Below, in pieces: positions 36,560 through 48,299 of a stretch of DNA of 64,000 nucleotides. The stretch is from NCBI RefSeq assembly GCF_036321535.1, contig NC_087436.1, positions 109,990,001 through 110,054,000 on the forward strand, in the 5' to 3' direction. Below the pieces are notes generated by a model. It was not told the DNA's origin. It made no database searches and saw nothing but the letters and a program-made list of their open reading frames with translations. The DNA is from Camelus dromedarius (taxonomy: Eukaryota). Each line of letters opens with the position of its first letter. The stretch's first letter is position 1. A program made the position numbers and the translations under genes.

Positions 36560-37900
36560 ACCAAAAAAACTGCACCTTTTCATGCCATCCCTCACTTCCT
36601 GTCATGTCACTCACACAGAGAACCACAGCAGACACGCGCTAATGAAAAAACTCTGAAACACATTCACTCTTCTGTTTTACAATGAAATTAATGGACACTG
36701 AATGACAATTTTCCATGTCCTTTATCTTTATCATGCCAAGAGTTAGCACATGTCATTGTCACTGTCGCTTTTTTGAATTCCTTTTTTTTTTTTTTAACTG
36801 GGCGGATATGTTGGCTGATGAGGGCAAGAAAAATGATTTCCGGTAAATGAAATGCCTGTTGGAGGGGGCGTAGATACGATGGACAGGAGGGTTCTGAGGG
36901 TCTCCCTGGCAAAGCTGTTAACTGACTTCCAAAATCATCTCATTTTACAATTATTCAGCAAATCTCTTCTCACAGTAAAGAGATCCCCGTTGCCGCTTAA
37001 AAAGGCCATGGCATTGATTTCATTCCATTTCACGCAACAGGAGCAGCTTGTTGATTCGATGAAAAAGAAGTTAGCCCTGCAGCCGGTTGCTTTTCACCCG
37101 CCATTTATAAGGTGAATGAAAATTTCATAGTCATGCTCTCTGTGAATTTTTACTTTTAAGGTTTGTTGGGAAGCAACGTTTTTTTCTTTGCCCTCAAGGA
37201 AATCAATTCGGAGTACTTGTTTACTATACATCACATACACATGCTTTGTTTGAAATTTAAACAAGACCTCACTAGACTTTTCTTTTTTTTTTTTTTTTTT
37301 TCTCCCCTTTTTGGTGGTTTGCCTACAATAAATGGCTTTCAGCTCCCCAGGGGATGTTTTTTCTAGTCTGCTACCGCTAGGGCTTTCTGTCTTCCGGAAG
37401 CGATCAGGAAAATCCAAACTGGAAATTTTTATTTTGGACAAGCAGGACCTATTTCTGAACCAGGAGGATTTTTTTTTTTCTTTCTCTGAATGTATGTGCA
37501 GGACTTTAACTCCATTTTGAATAGAAATCCAAGACCAAGCTTCTGAGAAAATTGGTGACACATCTTCCTGTTGGGAGAATTGATCGTTTGCCTTTAACTA
37601 GAAGTTTACTTCCAGATCTTTTTCAGATGCTATCTTGTCATACGGAAGCAGTCATGACAGTGTGTTAAAGAATACTGCCCCTAAACCAATAACTACTTGA
37701 CATGGCTCATTCTTCTGCTGACCTGCTGTGGCTGCTAATAGCCTACCAGCAGCTATTGGTATGAAGGATTTAACCATGAAGACAGGAAAAAAAAATCTAA
37801 CACTCATGATCCCTTCATTTCAAAACTGTCAGGAACGGCATTGAACCAACTTTCCTAAGACTAACCAGCTGCTGTGTAAATATAATTAACCTTGTTCACT
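36560..37900. promoter_or_regulatory. Candidate conserved non-coding element or enhancer
   Basis: No recognisable TE; about 18 CpGs in 36630-37410; clustered TGACA/TGTCA, ATTGAT/ATCAAT and TAAT motifs. Conservation not tested. Confidence 0.4.
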
Positions 37901-38561
37901 TAAGGATTATATAATGTTATGTTATGTTGCATTTTGTAATATACGGGAATAATTGCTCTAAGATTAGTTCTGATTTGGGCTTCCTTATTGTAAAACATAT
38001 TTCCTCTTTATATTATATGCATCATACTAAATCAACTTAATAGAAAAAAATAGTTCAATGTCTGTCAAATACAAAAATAGGCTTGTCGTCTATGTTTTGT
38101 TTTCATACACATGTCATTTTATAACCTCCAACAAAAGTAAAGGCAATTTGGTGTACAACAAAGTATTGCTAGTCATTCAAATCATAAAGTGTATGCTAAA
38201 AAGTTAAGGAGTTGTATGAAACTAAAAACTTATACTGTTTTTCATAAATACTTTGACACTCTCCCAAATTATAGACTGTGTTAGATCACTTAAACGTATT
38301 GGGTTATTGGAGTTCAATATTTTGAGGTATAACTTTGTGTGCCGTACCCTAAATTTGACTATGACTTTCTCTGTAGGGGACAGTGCTTCTCTTTGCTTAG
38401 AATCTATTCATTAGGTTTTTTGTTTGTTTGTTTGTTTTTGTTTTCTGCAAACCTGAATGGACACAAAGGGAAAATTAAGTGGTCACAATGAGTACAGATA
38501 TTTTAAATTTATTATTCTACAATGGAGAAAAATGTATTGAATTTTAACAGTAATTAAACAT

Positions 38562-38613
38562 TTTCATATATTTTAAAGCATTTTAAAATATTTCATATAT
38601 TTTAAAGCATTTT
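38562..38613. repeat. Short tandem duplication, 23-bp unit
   Basis: tttcatatattttaaagcatttt at 38562-38584 and 38591-38613. Confidence 0.9.
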
Positions 38614-39927
38614 TCTCATCACATTTGTTGAAAACTTGAGGGAAAATTATCCTAAATGTTTAGGGTTACTATTAATTAAAATTTTCCAATCAGCTATGTC
38701 ATTCATTCTCAACTTCTTCCCCATAACTGATGGCCTCAAAGGAGAAATGCTGCCACTCTTACCGAATGAATGCTGCTAACAATGGTGTTTTCCTTTTCTA
38801 CCCCGCTCCAAGAAAACTTCGAATGCAGAGTCCTCCCCCAAAATCACTTTAATGTGGAGAGCACTCAGTGTGTCTGAAATGCCTATTTTGGTCCCTGCCA
38901 GGAGGATTCCATCAACTGCTATCTGTGTCACTTACTCTTCTGTTGACTTAGCATTTCCTGAAATTCACTCTTCACCGACCTAGTCCTCCAGGAAGCACAC
39001 TTTAGCATGGCAAATTACCGTTTTCACTGCTGCCTCAGCGTTTCTGGCAAAGACTTTTTTTTTTCCCCCTTAGTCCCTTCTGTCAGAGAGCTATGATTTT
39101 GAGGTGGACTTAGAAGTTCAGGACTCTTACAGAACATAATGACAGGATGCCCTCAAGTGGTAACACTGACTCTACCCAGAAAGCTCTAAGTGGTTTACAA
39201 CATGAAGACAGAATTCATCCTATGGCCTCCTTAACAGAAGTGGAGAGCATTCCTGACAGCTCAATAAATGGGGAAGACTGTGAAAGCTGAATGAAAGAGA
39301 TGGAAAAGGTATTAAATGTACTTGAAAGGAGATAACGTGTATTTAACCAGAAGGATTTCTCTGCATGTCTCAAATTACCACTCCTTAAAATATTTCATGG
39401 AACTCTTCCTGTCAACCACTGAGTATTAACAGTATCCAACTGGCCATGGATATTGTTTAGATATATTTACTAGGATCATTGACCTCAAAAATAGCATGTT
39501 TCTCAAAGACCTAGGCTTTACTAGTTAACCGCTCTGAACTTTATTTTTCTCATCTATAAAATCACAATAGAATAGATGTGTCAGATTAAAACAAATATAT
39601 GAATATCATGTAGAATGGTGTCTGATACAAAAAAGGGACTTACGGAAGAATAATTTTAATTCCATTTCATTGCACACATTTCTCATCATCAGTGATATCA
39701 CAGCCAGAAATTTGGCTCACAATTCAGATGAAAAAATGGTATCTCTAAAGGGCCAGAAAGACTGAAATGATGGATCAACACTAATGTGATGAGACGTAAT
39801 AAATCCCTGAGAACCACAAGCTGAACATTTTCCCAACTCAACTTGTTGTTTTTCTAGGTTCCAAATCTGTGCCTTTTATTCCAATAACTTCTGTATTTTA
39901 TTCTGGTAAATTGATCTATTCTGATTA

Positions 39928-40071
39928 TTTATGTTCTTTATTTTGAGAGGAGTAATTAGCTTTATTTATTTATTTTATCTTCTTTTTTTCTTTAATGGAG
40001 GTATTGGGGATTGAACCTAGGACCTTGTACATGCTAGGCATGCACTCTATCACTGAGCTACACCTTCCCCC
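39928..40071 (-). mobile_element. tRNA-Ala-derived SINE (Vic-1 type)
   Basis: Reverse complement reads ggtgtagctcagtgatagagtgcatgcctagcatgtacaaggtcctaggttcaatccccaatacctcca plus tail. TSD gatctattctgatta/gatctactctgatta (14/15). Confidence 0.92.
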
Positions 40072-40089
40072 AGTAGATCTACTCTGATT

Positions 40090-41370
40090 AAAATATTCAG
40101 TTACTCAAGTCTGCAACCCCAGGATCATCCTTGAGTCATTCCTTTTATATCCCACCTGACTTACTTGATTTTCTGAATGCTTCTTCAATCTGTTACCTCT
40201 TTTCTACCATTATGACAGATCTTCAGAATTTTTCACCTAACTGGTTTTTCCAACATCTATCTCATGTTATTATAACTGCTACAAGTTATTCTTCCAAAAT
40301 ACAATTATGGCCATTATTCTCCATTAAGGCCAGTCAATTTCTTCTGGATTTTATTGAAGTATAATTGATGTACAACATTGTATAAGTTAGAGGTGTGCAA
40401 CATAGTGATTCACATTTTTAAAAGGTTATACTCCATTGATTGTTATTATAAAATGTTGGCTATATTTCCTGTGTCGTACAACATATCCTCAGAGCTTATT
40501 TATTTTATACATAATAGTTTGTACCTCTTAATCCTCTACCCCTATCTTGTCCCTCCCCTCTTCCTTTGCCCCACTGGTAACCACCAGTTTGCTTTCTGTA
40601 TCTGTGAGTCTGTATCTTTTTTGTTCTACTCACTAGTTTATTTTTTAGATTCTACGTATAAGCGATATCGCACCATATTTGTACTTCTCTATCTGACTTA
40701 TTTCACTTAGCATAATGTCCTCCAAATCCAACCAAGTTCCAAAGACAAAATTTTGTTCTTTTCTATGGTTAAGTAATATCCCATTATAAATATACCTCAT
40801 CTTCTTTATCCATTCATCTGTTGATGGACACTTAGGTTTCTTCTCTATCTTCCATATCCATATATTTTGTTTTAATTTCTAAAATCCACACCTTTACAAA
40901 TTATAGAAGGTCCTTCAAGTTCTAAATCATTTATCTAGCATCTTTTTCTTTCTTATTTTTTTCTTCTCGTTTTTCATGTGTACCCGATGGCTTGCAAATT
41001 TCATTTTATTCATTTCTCTGTTCCTTGGGTAGGCTGTTTCCCATATTTGCAATGCTCAACACTTCCAACTTCTCTACCTCAAAAAACTCATGTATCATTT
41101 CATTCTATTATGCTCAAATTTTACCTCCCTTTTGAAGCTTTCACTAGTTCAATTATTATTTTATAATTTTACAATGTTTCCATAATACTTGATATACACC
41201 TTTATCAACTCATATGATCCTTTCTTGATTACATGGTTCATTCTCTTGACTAAGCACCATTTAAATATATATACTAGAGCTTGCTCGTGTGTGTCTGCCT
41301 CAACATCACTGTATTTGACATGTAAGGAATCATAGAAAAATACCAATCTATCAATGATTGAATGGATACA
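40090..41370 (+). mobile_element. Decayed L2, interrupted by L1
   Basis: cagttactcaagtctgcaaccccaggatcatccttgagtcattcc and the 3' end tcaatgattgaatggatacatgaa. Confidence 0.55.
40349..40852 (-). mobile_element. Cetartiodactyl-type L1 3' end (~500 bp)
   Basis: ttttattgaagtataattgatgtacaac...ccccactggtaaccaccagtttg...tctgacttatttcacttagcataat...ttatccattcatctgttgatggacacttagg. Confidence 0.9.
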
Positions 41371-41499
41371 TGAAAAGCATTAATTTTTTAAATGTTCTAA
41401 TACTTAAATATAATATTAGTAAAATGAGAATTCAGTTGGATACAAATTCAATATAAGTCCAAAGAATAAATATTTTTGTAGCTTTTTTCAATCAGGTTA

Positions 41500-43060
41500 G
41501 AGAATGGAGTTTGGAGAGGCTCAAACAGCTGAAAAGTGAGGGCTAAAACCTTGGATAGAGAATGAACTCCAGATCTGTGTGTAAACTCCACACACTCCCT
41601 TAGCTAGTCCCAGAGCTACCCACAGGTGGGAGACGTGCCGGAAGCCAGGCATAGGGGAGGAACTGGAAAGGTGAGGTAACTGAGCAGAGGTCTTTGCTGC
41701 TAATCATTGCAGGAAAGACAAGGTTTCAGTCAAACCACATTTACTGCTTGTTAGATTAAAAAAAAAAGCCAACAACAACAAAAAAGAAAAACAAAAAACA
41801 CAGCATTCTTTACAAGTTAACAATAGTCCAACTCACTATAAAGGATGATTCTTAATTTCCAGAATACAATCACAAATTACTAGACTTGGAAAGAAAAAAA
41901 GAAAAACAGGAAAATATGAACCATAGACAGCAGAAAAAAGGAGTCAATGTAAATAATCTCAAAATGATCCAGATGTTATAATTATAAAATAAGGTTTTAA
42001 AAGCAATCATTATGATACATTCACAGTTTTAAAGGAAAACATTGTTATAATTAATTAGCAGGTGGGAGACTTTCTGCCAATAAGTAGAAACTTTAAATAA
42101 TAACCACATACAAATACTCATACTAGAAATTGAATGTCTGAAATTAGAAAAAATAAAAATCATTAGCTATGCTTAACAGCCCATTGGTGAAGGCAGAAGA
42201 AATGGGCAATTGACTTAAATGTTTATGAATACAAATTACCCAATCTGAGGAATAGAGATATAAAAAATATGAGAGAAGTAAGTAAAACTGGTTTTGAGGA
42301 AGACAATATCAAGCAGCCAAATATATGTCTTGCATGACTGGAGTTCCAGCGGAAAGGAGAAAAATGGAGAAGAGGAGAGAAAAAGGATGAAAAAGAAAAA
42401 AATATACATTTATGTAAGAAAATGTACTTGTCTTTAGAAAATGCCCTCATATATTTAAGGATTGTGTTAGTCTGCTAGAGCTGCCACAATAAAGTGCCAC
42501 AAACTTGGTGGCTTCAACAACAGAAATGTATTGTTAGCAATTCTGGAGGCTAAAAGTCCAAGATTAAGGTATCAGCAGAGCCATGTTCCCTCTGAAGTTT
42601 CTAGGTAAGGAATTGATCCAGACCTCTCTTTTGGTTTTTGGTAGTTCTTTGACTTGTGGCAGTTTAATTCCAGTCTCCCTGTGTGTGTACCTGTGCCCAT
42701 TTTTTTCACTTTTTATAAGATTAACAGTTGTATTGGATTAGGACTCACCTAAATCACCTTATTCTAACTTGGTTAACTTCACAGAGACTATTTCTAAATA
42801 TGGTCACATTCTGAGATCCTGAGATTAGGACTCCAACATAGCTTTTTGGGGGAAAACATTTTAACTCATAGAGTGATAAAGGTTTATTATGATGTGCCTA
42901 ACTTAATCTCAAACATTCAGAAATAAATATATATATACACATACATATGAGAGAAGGATAATAACAAAACAGAGAAAATGTAAACAATTAGTGAATCTGA
43001 ATTTAAGGTATAGGGTAGTTCCCTATATCAATTTAAAATTGTACCAAAAAGTTAGAAATG
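41500..43060 (+). mobile_element. Old L1ME/HAL1-like element: 5'/ORF1 region joined to 3' end, split by MLT1
   Basis: aatacaatcacaaattactagac...caggaaaatatgaaccatag...atgatccagatgtta (ORF1 start region), and the 3' end aaatgtaaacaattagtgaatctg. Confidence 0.6.
42463..42872 (-). mobile_element. MaLR solo LTR (MLT1B-like)
   Basis: tgtgttagtctgctagagctgccacaataaagtgccacaaacttggtggctt...ttctggaggctaaaagtccaagattaagg...ggtcacattctgag. Confidence 0.9.
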
Positions 43061-44364
43061 ACAAATTATTAAACATTTTATAACCCACTGGAAGTCCCAC
43101 TAGACTTCCCTAAGAAGGCAAGAGGAGGGTTATGAAGTTTCAGGTTCTGTATGCTTCCTGGATGCAGCGTCCCTGCCTTTCCTGTAGTAGGAACCAGTTT
43201 TCTCTTTTCAGAAATCTCAGCACCCTTGCAGCTTCAAGGACAAACAATTATTCTGGACAACAAACACTTAATAAGAACTAAATGGACACTTTGGGACTTA
43301 AGAACTATCTATTGTCTTGCATCAATCTGTGAGCCTGGGTCCAGTCAGAGCTTGTCCCCCGGTACTAGAAACTGTTTGAGTCTCTTCCATCTTCCAAGTC
43401 CCTCTACGAATGAAATTCCATCTTCATATACTCATCCCCAAAAAGAAAGGAACCTGACCTTGAAGACCCATCTTAATAAATAAAGAAATTTGCTTTCACA
43501 TTTCCCCAATATTCGTTATCTCTTTTAGCTAGCTAATGTCATAGTCAGCCTACTTCAAAGATTACTTATTCTGGTTTGAACGTACCTGATGCTCAGTATT
43601 TTACTGAGTTATACAGAAACAGAATTGGTCAATTTATGCTTGAAATACTATACCTTTATTTTACCACTTGAACTGAATGAATTCTTTGTGTCATTATATT
43701 TCTCTGTTTTTCTTTTATCTCAGCTTCTGAAGGTGGCCTCAGAACTTGGAAATTACCTCAGTAGTTGCACCCAGGTAAATTTCTCCCACATCTGTCTCCT
43801 AACCCCGCTTTTCCTTTCATAAATCAATTCAGGGTAAAGTAGCACATAATAAACATAAGATGTCTCCCATGTTAATTTTTATTAAGTGGGGCTATTCCTG
43901 CATACATAAAACATAGAGGGAAATTAATAAATGTGAAGAGCAAAGTAACATATGTTAAAAGGACACAGGGCATGGCACATAGTAGGTGGTCCGGAATGTA
44001 TATTTAATGACTGTGGTGGAATTAACTGGATCCATGGTCAGGAAATCAATAGGCTTCCTCTTAGTTAAATAACCAAGTCATATTTGTTGATAGTGGTTGC
44101 TGGCAGTATGGTGTTGGGAGGGACTCATGCCTCTTAAGGGCTCAACTAAATGACTCGGTTAGTAACTCTGCCAGGAAGTAGGAGACCTGGTTGCACAGGT
44201 AGTGCAATGTTGCCTTTCCTATTCCAGCTTCTATTCAATACACAAAAATAATAGTAGGATGCTTTTGATTTAGGTGTGGACTAGATGACCCCCAAGGTAC
44301 CAAGCCTACTGTTGCATGTTTCTCTGTTTATCCGTGACACATGTTAAAGTGAAGAGTACAAGGG

Positions 44365-44520
44365 TTACCACTTATTGATGCTTACTCTATGCCAGGCACT
44401 GTGTTAGACATATCAGTAGCTTTTATTTATATTTTTATAACATTCTTATAAATTATATTATTAAACCAATGACATACAGGAGATAATCAGGCACAGAAAT
44501 GTTTAAAAAATTCTCTTCAG
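44365..44520 (-). mobile_element. MIR remnant
   Basis: cacttattgatgcttactctatgccaggcactgtgtta...caggcacagaaatgttt. Confidence 0.65.
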
Positions 44521-44590
44521 TCTTTAAAGCAATTAATGAATAAATTTGACCTTATATCAAAAGAGACCACCTTGCTTTTAACTCAAGGGG

Positions 44591-44957
44591 TGAGATGATT
44601 AATTCTCTGTCAACTCAGCTGGGATGTTATTCAGAATATAAATGTGATTCTTGGATAAGATTTATATTTAAATAAGTATATTTTTAGTAAAGTGGGTTGC
44701 CCTCTAGAATGTGGATGGGCCTCATCCAAGAAGTTAAAGATCTGACTAGAACAAAAGGCTGACCTCCCCTGAACAAGAAGGAATTCTGTCAACAGACCAC
44801 CTTTGGACTTTTCCTGCATCATCAACTCTTCCTGGTTCACCAGTAGACTGTCTCTGGATTCAAACTGCAACTCTTTCTTGGATCTCCAGATCACCTCTCT
44901 CTCTCTCCTAGCCTCCACAGTTATGTGAGCCAATTGCTTAATATAAATTTATATATC

Positions 44958-45009
<52 letters not shown>

Positions 45010-45064
45010 CATACACATCCTATTGGTTCCTTTTTCTCTGCAGAACCCTGCATTAGTGAATACA
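44591..45064 (+). mobile_element. ERVL solo LTR (MLT2B/D-like)
   Basis: tgagatgattaattctctgtcaactc...aatgtggatgggcctcatccaa...gtgagccaatt...cctattggttc...agaaccctg...aataca. Confidence 0.9.
44959..45009. repeat. (CTAT)~12 tetranucleotide STR within MLT2
   Basis: Read directly from the sequence. Confidence 0.97.
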
Positions 45065-45289
45065 GGTGAGTATTTTCTGATTATTGTATACTTAATGACT
45101 CTTTAACTCTACACTCATTTCAAACACTATGTGCAACCACGCATCATTAAGTTTGAGATCCTATGAGGCAAAAGAAAAACAAACAAGAATCACACTTGTC
45201 CTGGCCACCTATTGCTGTGCAACAGCTCGTTAGAGTCTTAAAACAGCAGTTGTCACTATGCTATGTTTCATGCTGTCTTGGATTCTGTG

Positions 45290-45776
45290 GACTAGGAAAT
45301 GGAGATGGACTGAGATCGGGAGTTCTGGTTTGGGTTCTCTCATGCAGTAACAGTCAGATTATGGGTGGAGCTGGAACATCAGGTGACTGGAACAACAGGG
45401 GCTTTCTGGGCCTGTGCAAGTGTGTGTGTAGGTGGGGCATGTGTGCATACATGCACGTGTGTGTGTCTGTGTGGTCTCAAAGCCCCTATATGTAATCTCT
45501 CCACGGGGCTACTTTCACCTTCCTCTCGGTTTGACAACTGTGATAGTGGTCACATGGCATCCAAGGACTTCAAGTGTGATTATTCCAATGATCAAGGCTG
45601 AAGCGACACCATATTTTATGGTCTAGCTTCACATGTCACTAATATTATTTCCTTTTGAACTCTATTGATTGAAACAGCCACAAATGTACATCCAATTTTA
45701 AGGAGAGGGAACATAGATCCCTATTTCAGTGAAAGGAATGTCAAAAGAATTTGAAGACATATTTTAAAACATCCAT
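45290..45776 (-). mobile_element. MaLR LTR (MLT1G/H-like)
   Basis: tctattgattgaaacagccacaaa...aaggagagggaacatagatccc...gaaaggaatgtcaaaagaatttg...atattttaaaac. Confidence 0.7.
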
Positions 45777-46629
45777 GTTATTAATTTTTTCCCTTCCTTC
45801 ACCCTTTTCTTAAGAAGTGTAGCCAAGTTGTGTCTCTAAAGCCAGCAGGGAAACCACAGTCCCTTAGCCAATCAGTGCTGGTTCCTGAATTGCTAATATA
45901 TACTAGTTATATTATGTGCTAATCAGGAAGTTATTGTGCTCTTAGCCCCTTGGAGGTGATGTCAGTATAGAGAATAGGAAACAGTATAACACTGATTCTC
46001 TAAGCTCAAAAGCTTAGCATTTAATTGAGCAGTATATGGTCTTCCTTTTCCTTCCTCATCTATTTTTTAAAGTCTTAAAAGTTGTGGGTGGCTTAGTGGT
46101 CATTTGGTTACCATATTCATGATTCTGCACTAAATTCATTCTCTCCAAGCAGAATTCCAAAAATTTTCCATGTCTACAGTTTTATTAATTTTTCTTCACT
46201 GTGAAAGAATGAGGTGGTATTAACTTCAAGACATCAAGCAATTACTTGGCTTCCCATGCAGTAGCACATACCAGAAGGTAACTTTAGCAACTGTAAACTT
46301 TCACCCCAAAGATGAATGACAAAACAGATTCAGAGGATTTTTACAGTAATTTCAGCCTAAGCAAACTACATTAGTCATAATATGAAAAAAATCAGTTATG
46401 CAAAAGCTACAAAATTATCAATGCCTTTGTTCTCTGAGAATAATGGAAGTATTCTATTAGTCAGTTCTTGGAAATCAATGTATCAGTACGTTTTCTTCTG
46501 TTTTCCATAAATTAGAGGTCAGCAAATGCTTAAGTCATCAATATTACTCCTGTATTAAATAGTCACTATAAGATATAAGGCTTTAAGTAATATGTTGAGA
46601 GGAAAGAGGCATTAAGCAACGAAACTTCA

Positions 46630-46950
46630 AGAAGAGAAGAAAGGAAAGAAAGAAGGAAAGAAGGAAAGAAAGAAAGAGAGAGAGAAAGAAAGAGAAAGAA
46701 GGAAGGAAGAGAGGGAAGGAAGGAAGGAAGAAAGAGAGGGAAGGAAGGTGGGAAGAAAGAGAAAGAGAGGAAGGGAGGGAGGAAGGAAGAAAGAAGGAAG
46801 GAAGGAAGGAAAAAAATGAATGAATAAGCAATAAGCAAATGGAATTAAATCAAGAGAAGGCAGAATAGGAAGAGGAAAGAATCAGAAATGAAAGAGAGGA
46901 CTGGGGAAATGAGAGAAAGAAGGCAAGGGAGAAGGAAAAAAGGAAATGAG
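46630..46950. repeat. Polypurine (GGAA/GAAA) low-complexity tract
   Basis: Read directly from the sequence. Confidence 0.95.
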
Positions 46951-47489
46951 TGGATTAAGGTGCATGAGATTAAGTGTTATCAAAACCCCTATTCTTTCTT
47001 TTGAAGTCTTGGGTTCCGTAAGAGTTATAAGAAAGATATGGCAATATTGCAGGTATAGGTACTAGGTTGTAACGTGATGCTATTTTCTGAGTTTTATTTA
47101 GAATTATGCAGGGGATTTTTTAGACATGATGATTGAATATATTTAAAATAAACAGACATAAAACTTGTTAAATATTATCTAGGATACCACTAGATCAGTA
47201 GGAACTGCCAATCACATCCACATAAGTATATAGGAACTTTAGAAGATAAGGATCCTCCAAAAGAAAGACCTATAGCTGAACAAGGTGCTTCTATGAAATG
47301 CAGTTGAATTCTTTAATGGGACAATTCATTTACTGGAAAATCTGAGCATATTTCACAGAGGGTCCCTTTCCCCAGAATGAAAGTAAATTATATTTGTGTT
47401 TTAGACTGAAGATTCCTGTAATATAAGGATGGGGTAAAGGGGAATCCCAAGAAGACATTTATTTCAAACACTCAGTTGAAATATTTCTT

Positions 47490-48070
47490 TATACAGCCCT
47501 GACAGTTAAAGAGCTTAGAAGCCATTACTCCTGTCTTTACAGCAAGAAAAAGTGAACAAACCTGGGGAGATAGGAGAATGCAGAGGATCAGACATTCTTT
47601 GAACAAACAAAAAATGGAGGAACACTTCAGACCTGCTCCCAGCAGATCCATCCTGTAAGAAATGTTAAAAGAAGTTCTTCAGCCAAAGGGAAAAGTTATA
47701 TGGGTCAGAACTTGTAGCTACAAAAAGGAAGGAAGGTCATAAGTGAAGGAATCAAGAAAGGTAAAATTTAAAAATTATTTTTTTCTTCTTAATTGATCTA
47801 TAAGGTAACTGTTAACATAATAATGACAATGTACTGGGTAATTGCATGATATGGATAAATGAAGTGAAAGACAGCAATGCCATAAGTTACAGGAGAAAAG
47901 AATTGGAAATACTCTGTTGTAAGGTGCCTGCATTAATGTGAAGTGATACAATGTTGTTTAAAGGTAAAACTATTTATAAAGAAATATGATTGATATGCCA
48001 AAAGGCAAGATAAAATAAAACTATATAAAATTTTCTATTAATTCCAGATAAGACAGAAAAAGAAGGAGAA
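47490..48070 (+). mobile_element. Old L1MC/MD 5' end, ORF1 end and inter-ORF remnant
   Basis: cagcagatccatcctgtaagaaatgttaaaagaagttcttcag (ORF1 C-terminus, approx. SRPxLQEMLKEVL) and ttttcttcttaattgatcta. Confidence 0.7.
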
Positions 48071-48084
48071 CATTCACTTGTATA

Positions 48085-48286
48085 TTAGTCTGGACTATGT
48101 TATTATATCACTTGTTTTTATAAATAAAGTTTATTTTGAACACAGTTGAACTCATTCATTCACATACTATCTCTACTACCTTCTTGTTAACAACACATAG
48201 TTAAGTAGTTTCAATAAAAACCATATGGTTCCCAAAGTCTAACATCTGTTATCAGAACTTATACAAAAAGAGATGGTTGATCTTGG
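48085..48286 (-). mobile_element. MER58A-like hAT MITE
   Basis: tgtttttataaataaagtttattttgaacacag...gttaagtagtttcaataaaaaccatatgg matches the reverse complement of MER58. Confidence 0.7.
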
Positions 48287-48299
48287 ATAGAACTCCATT

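Noticed and set aside
37094..37561. 155-aa minus-strand ORF with a lysine run
   Set aside because: It has a non-ATG start, the K-runs derive from poly(T) tracts, and no domain is recognisable.
39995..40068. tRNA-Ala-like sequences (also at 11450 and 20890) as tRNA genes
   Set aside because: They have mismatched stems, a shared AT-rich/cctaattacc tail and flanking TSDs, which identify them as SINEs.
46566..46838. F/L/P/S-rich ORFs
   Set aside because: Translation of a polypyrimidine low-complexity tract.
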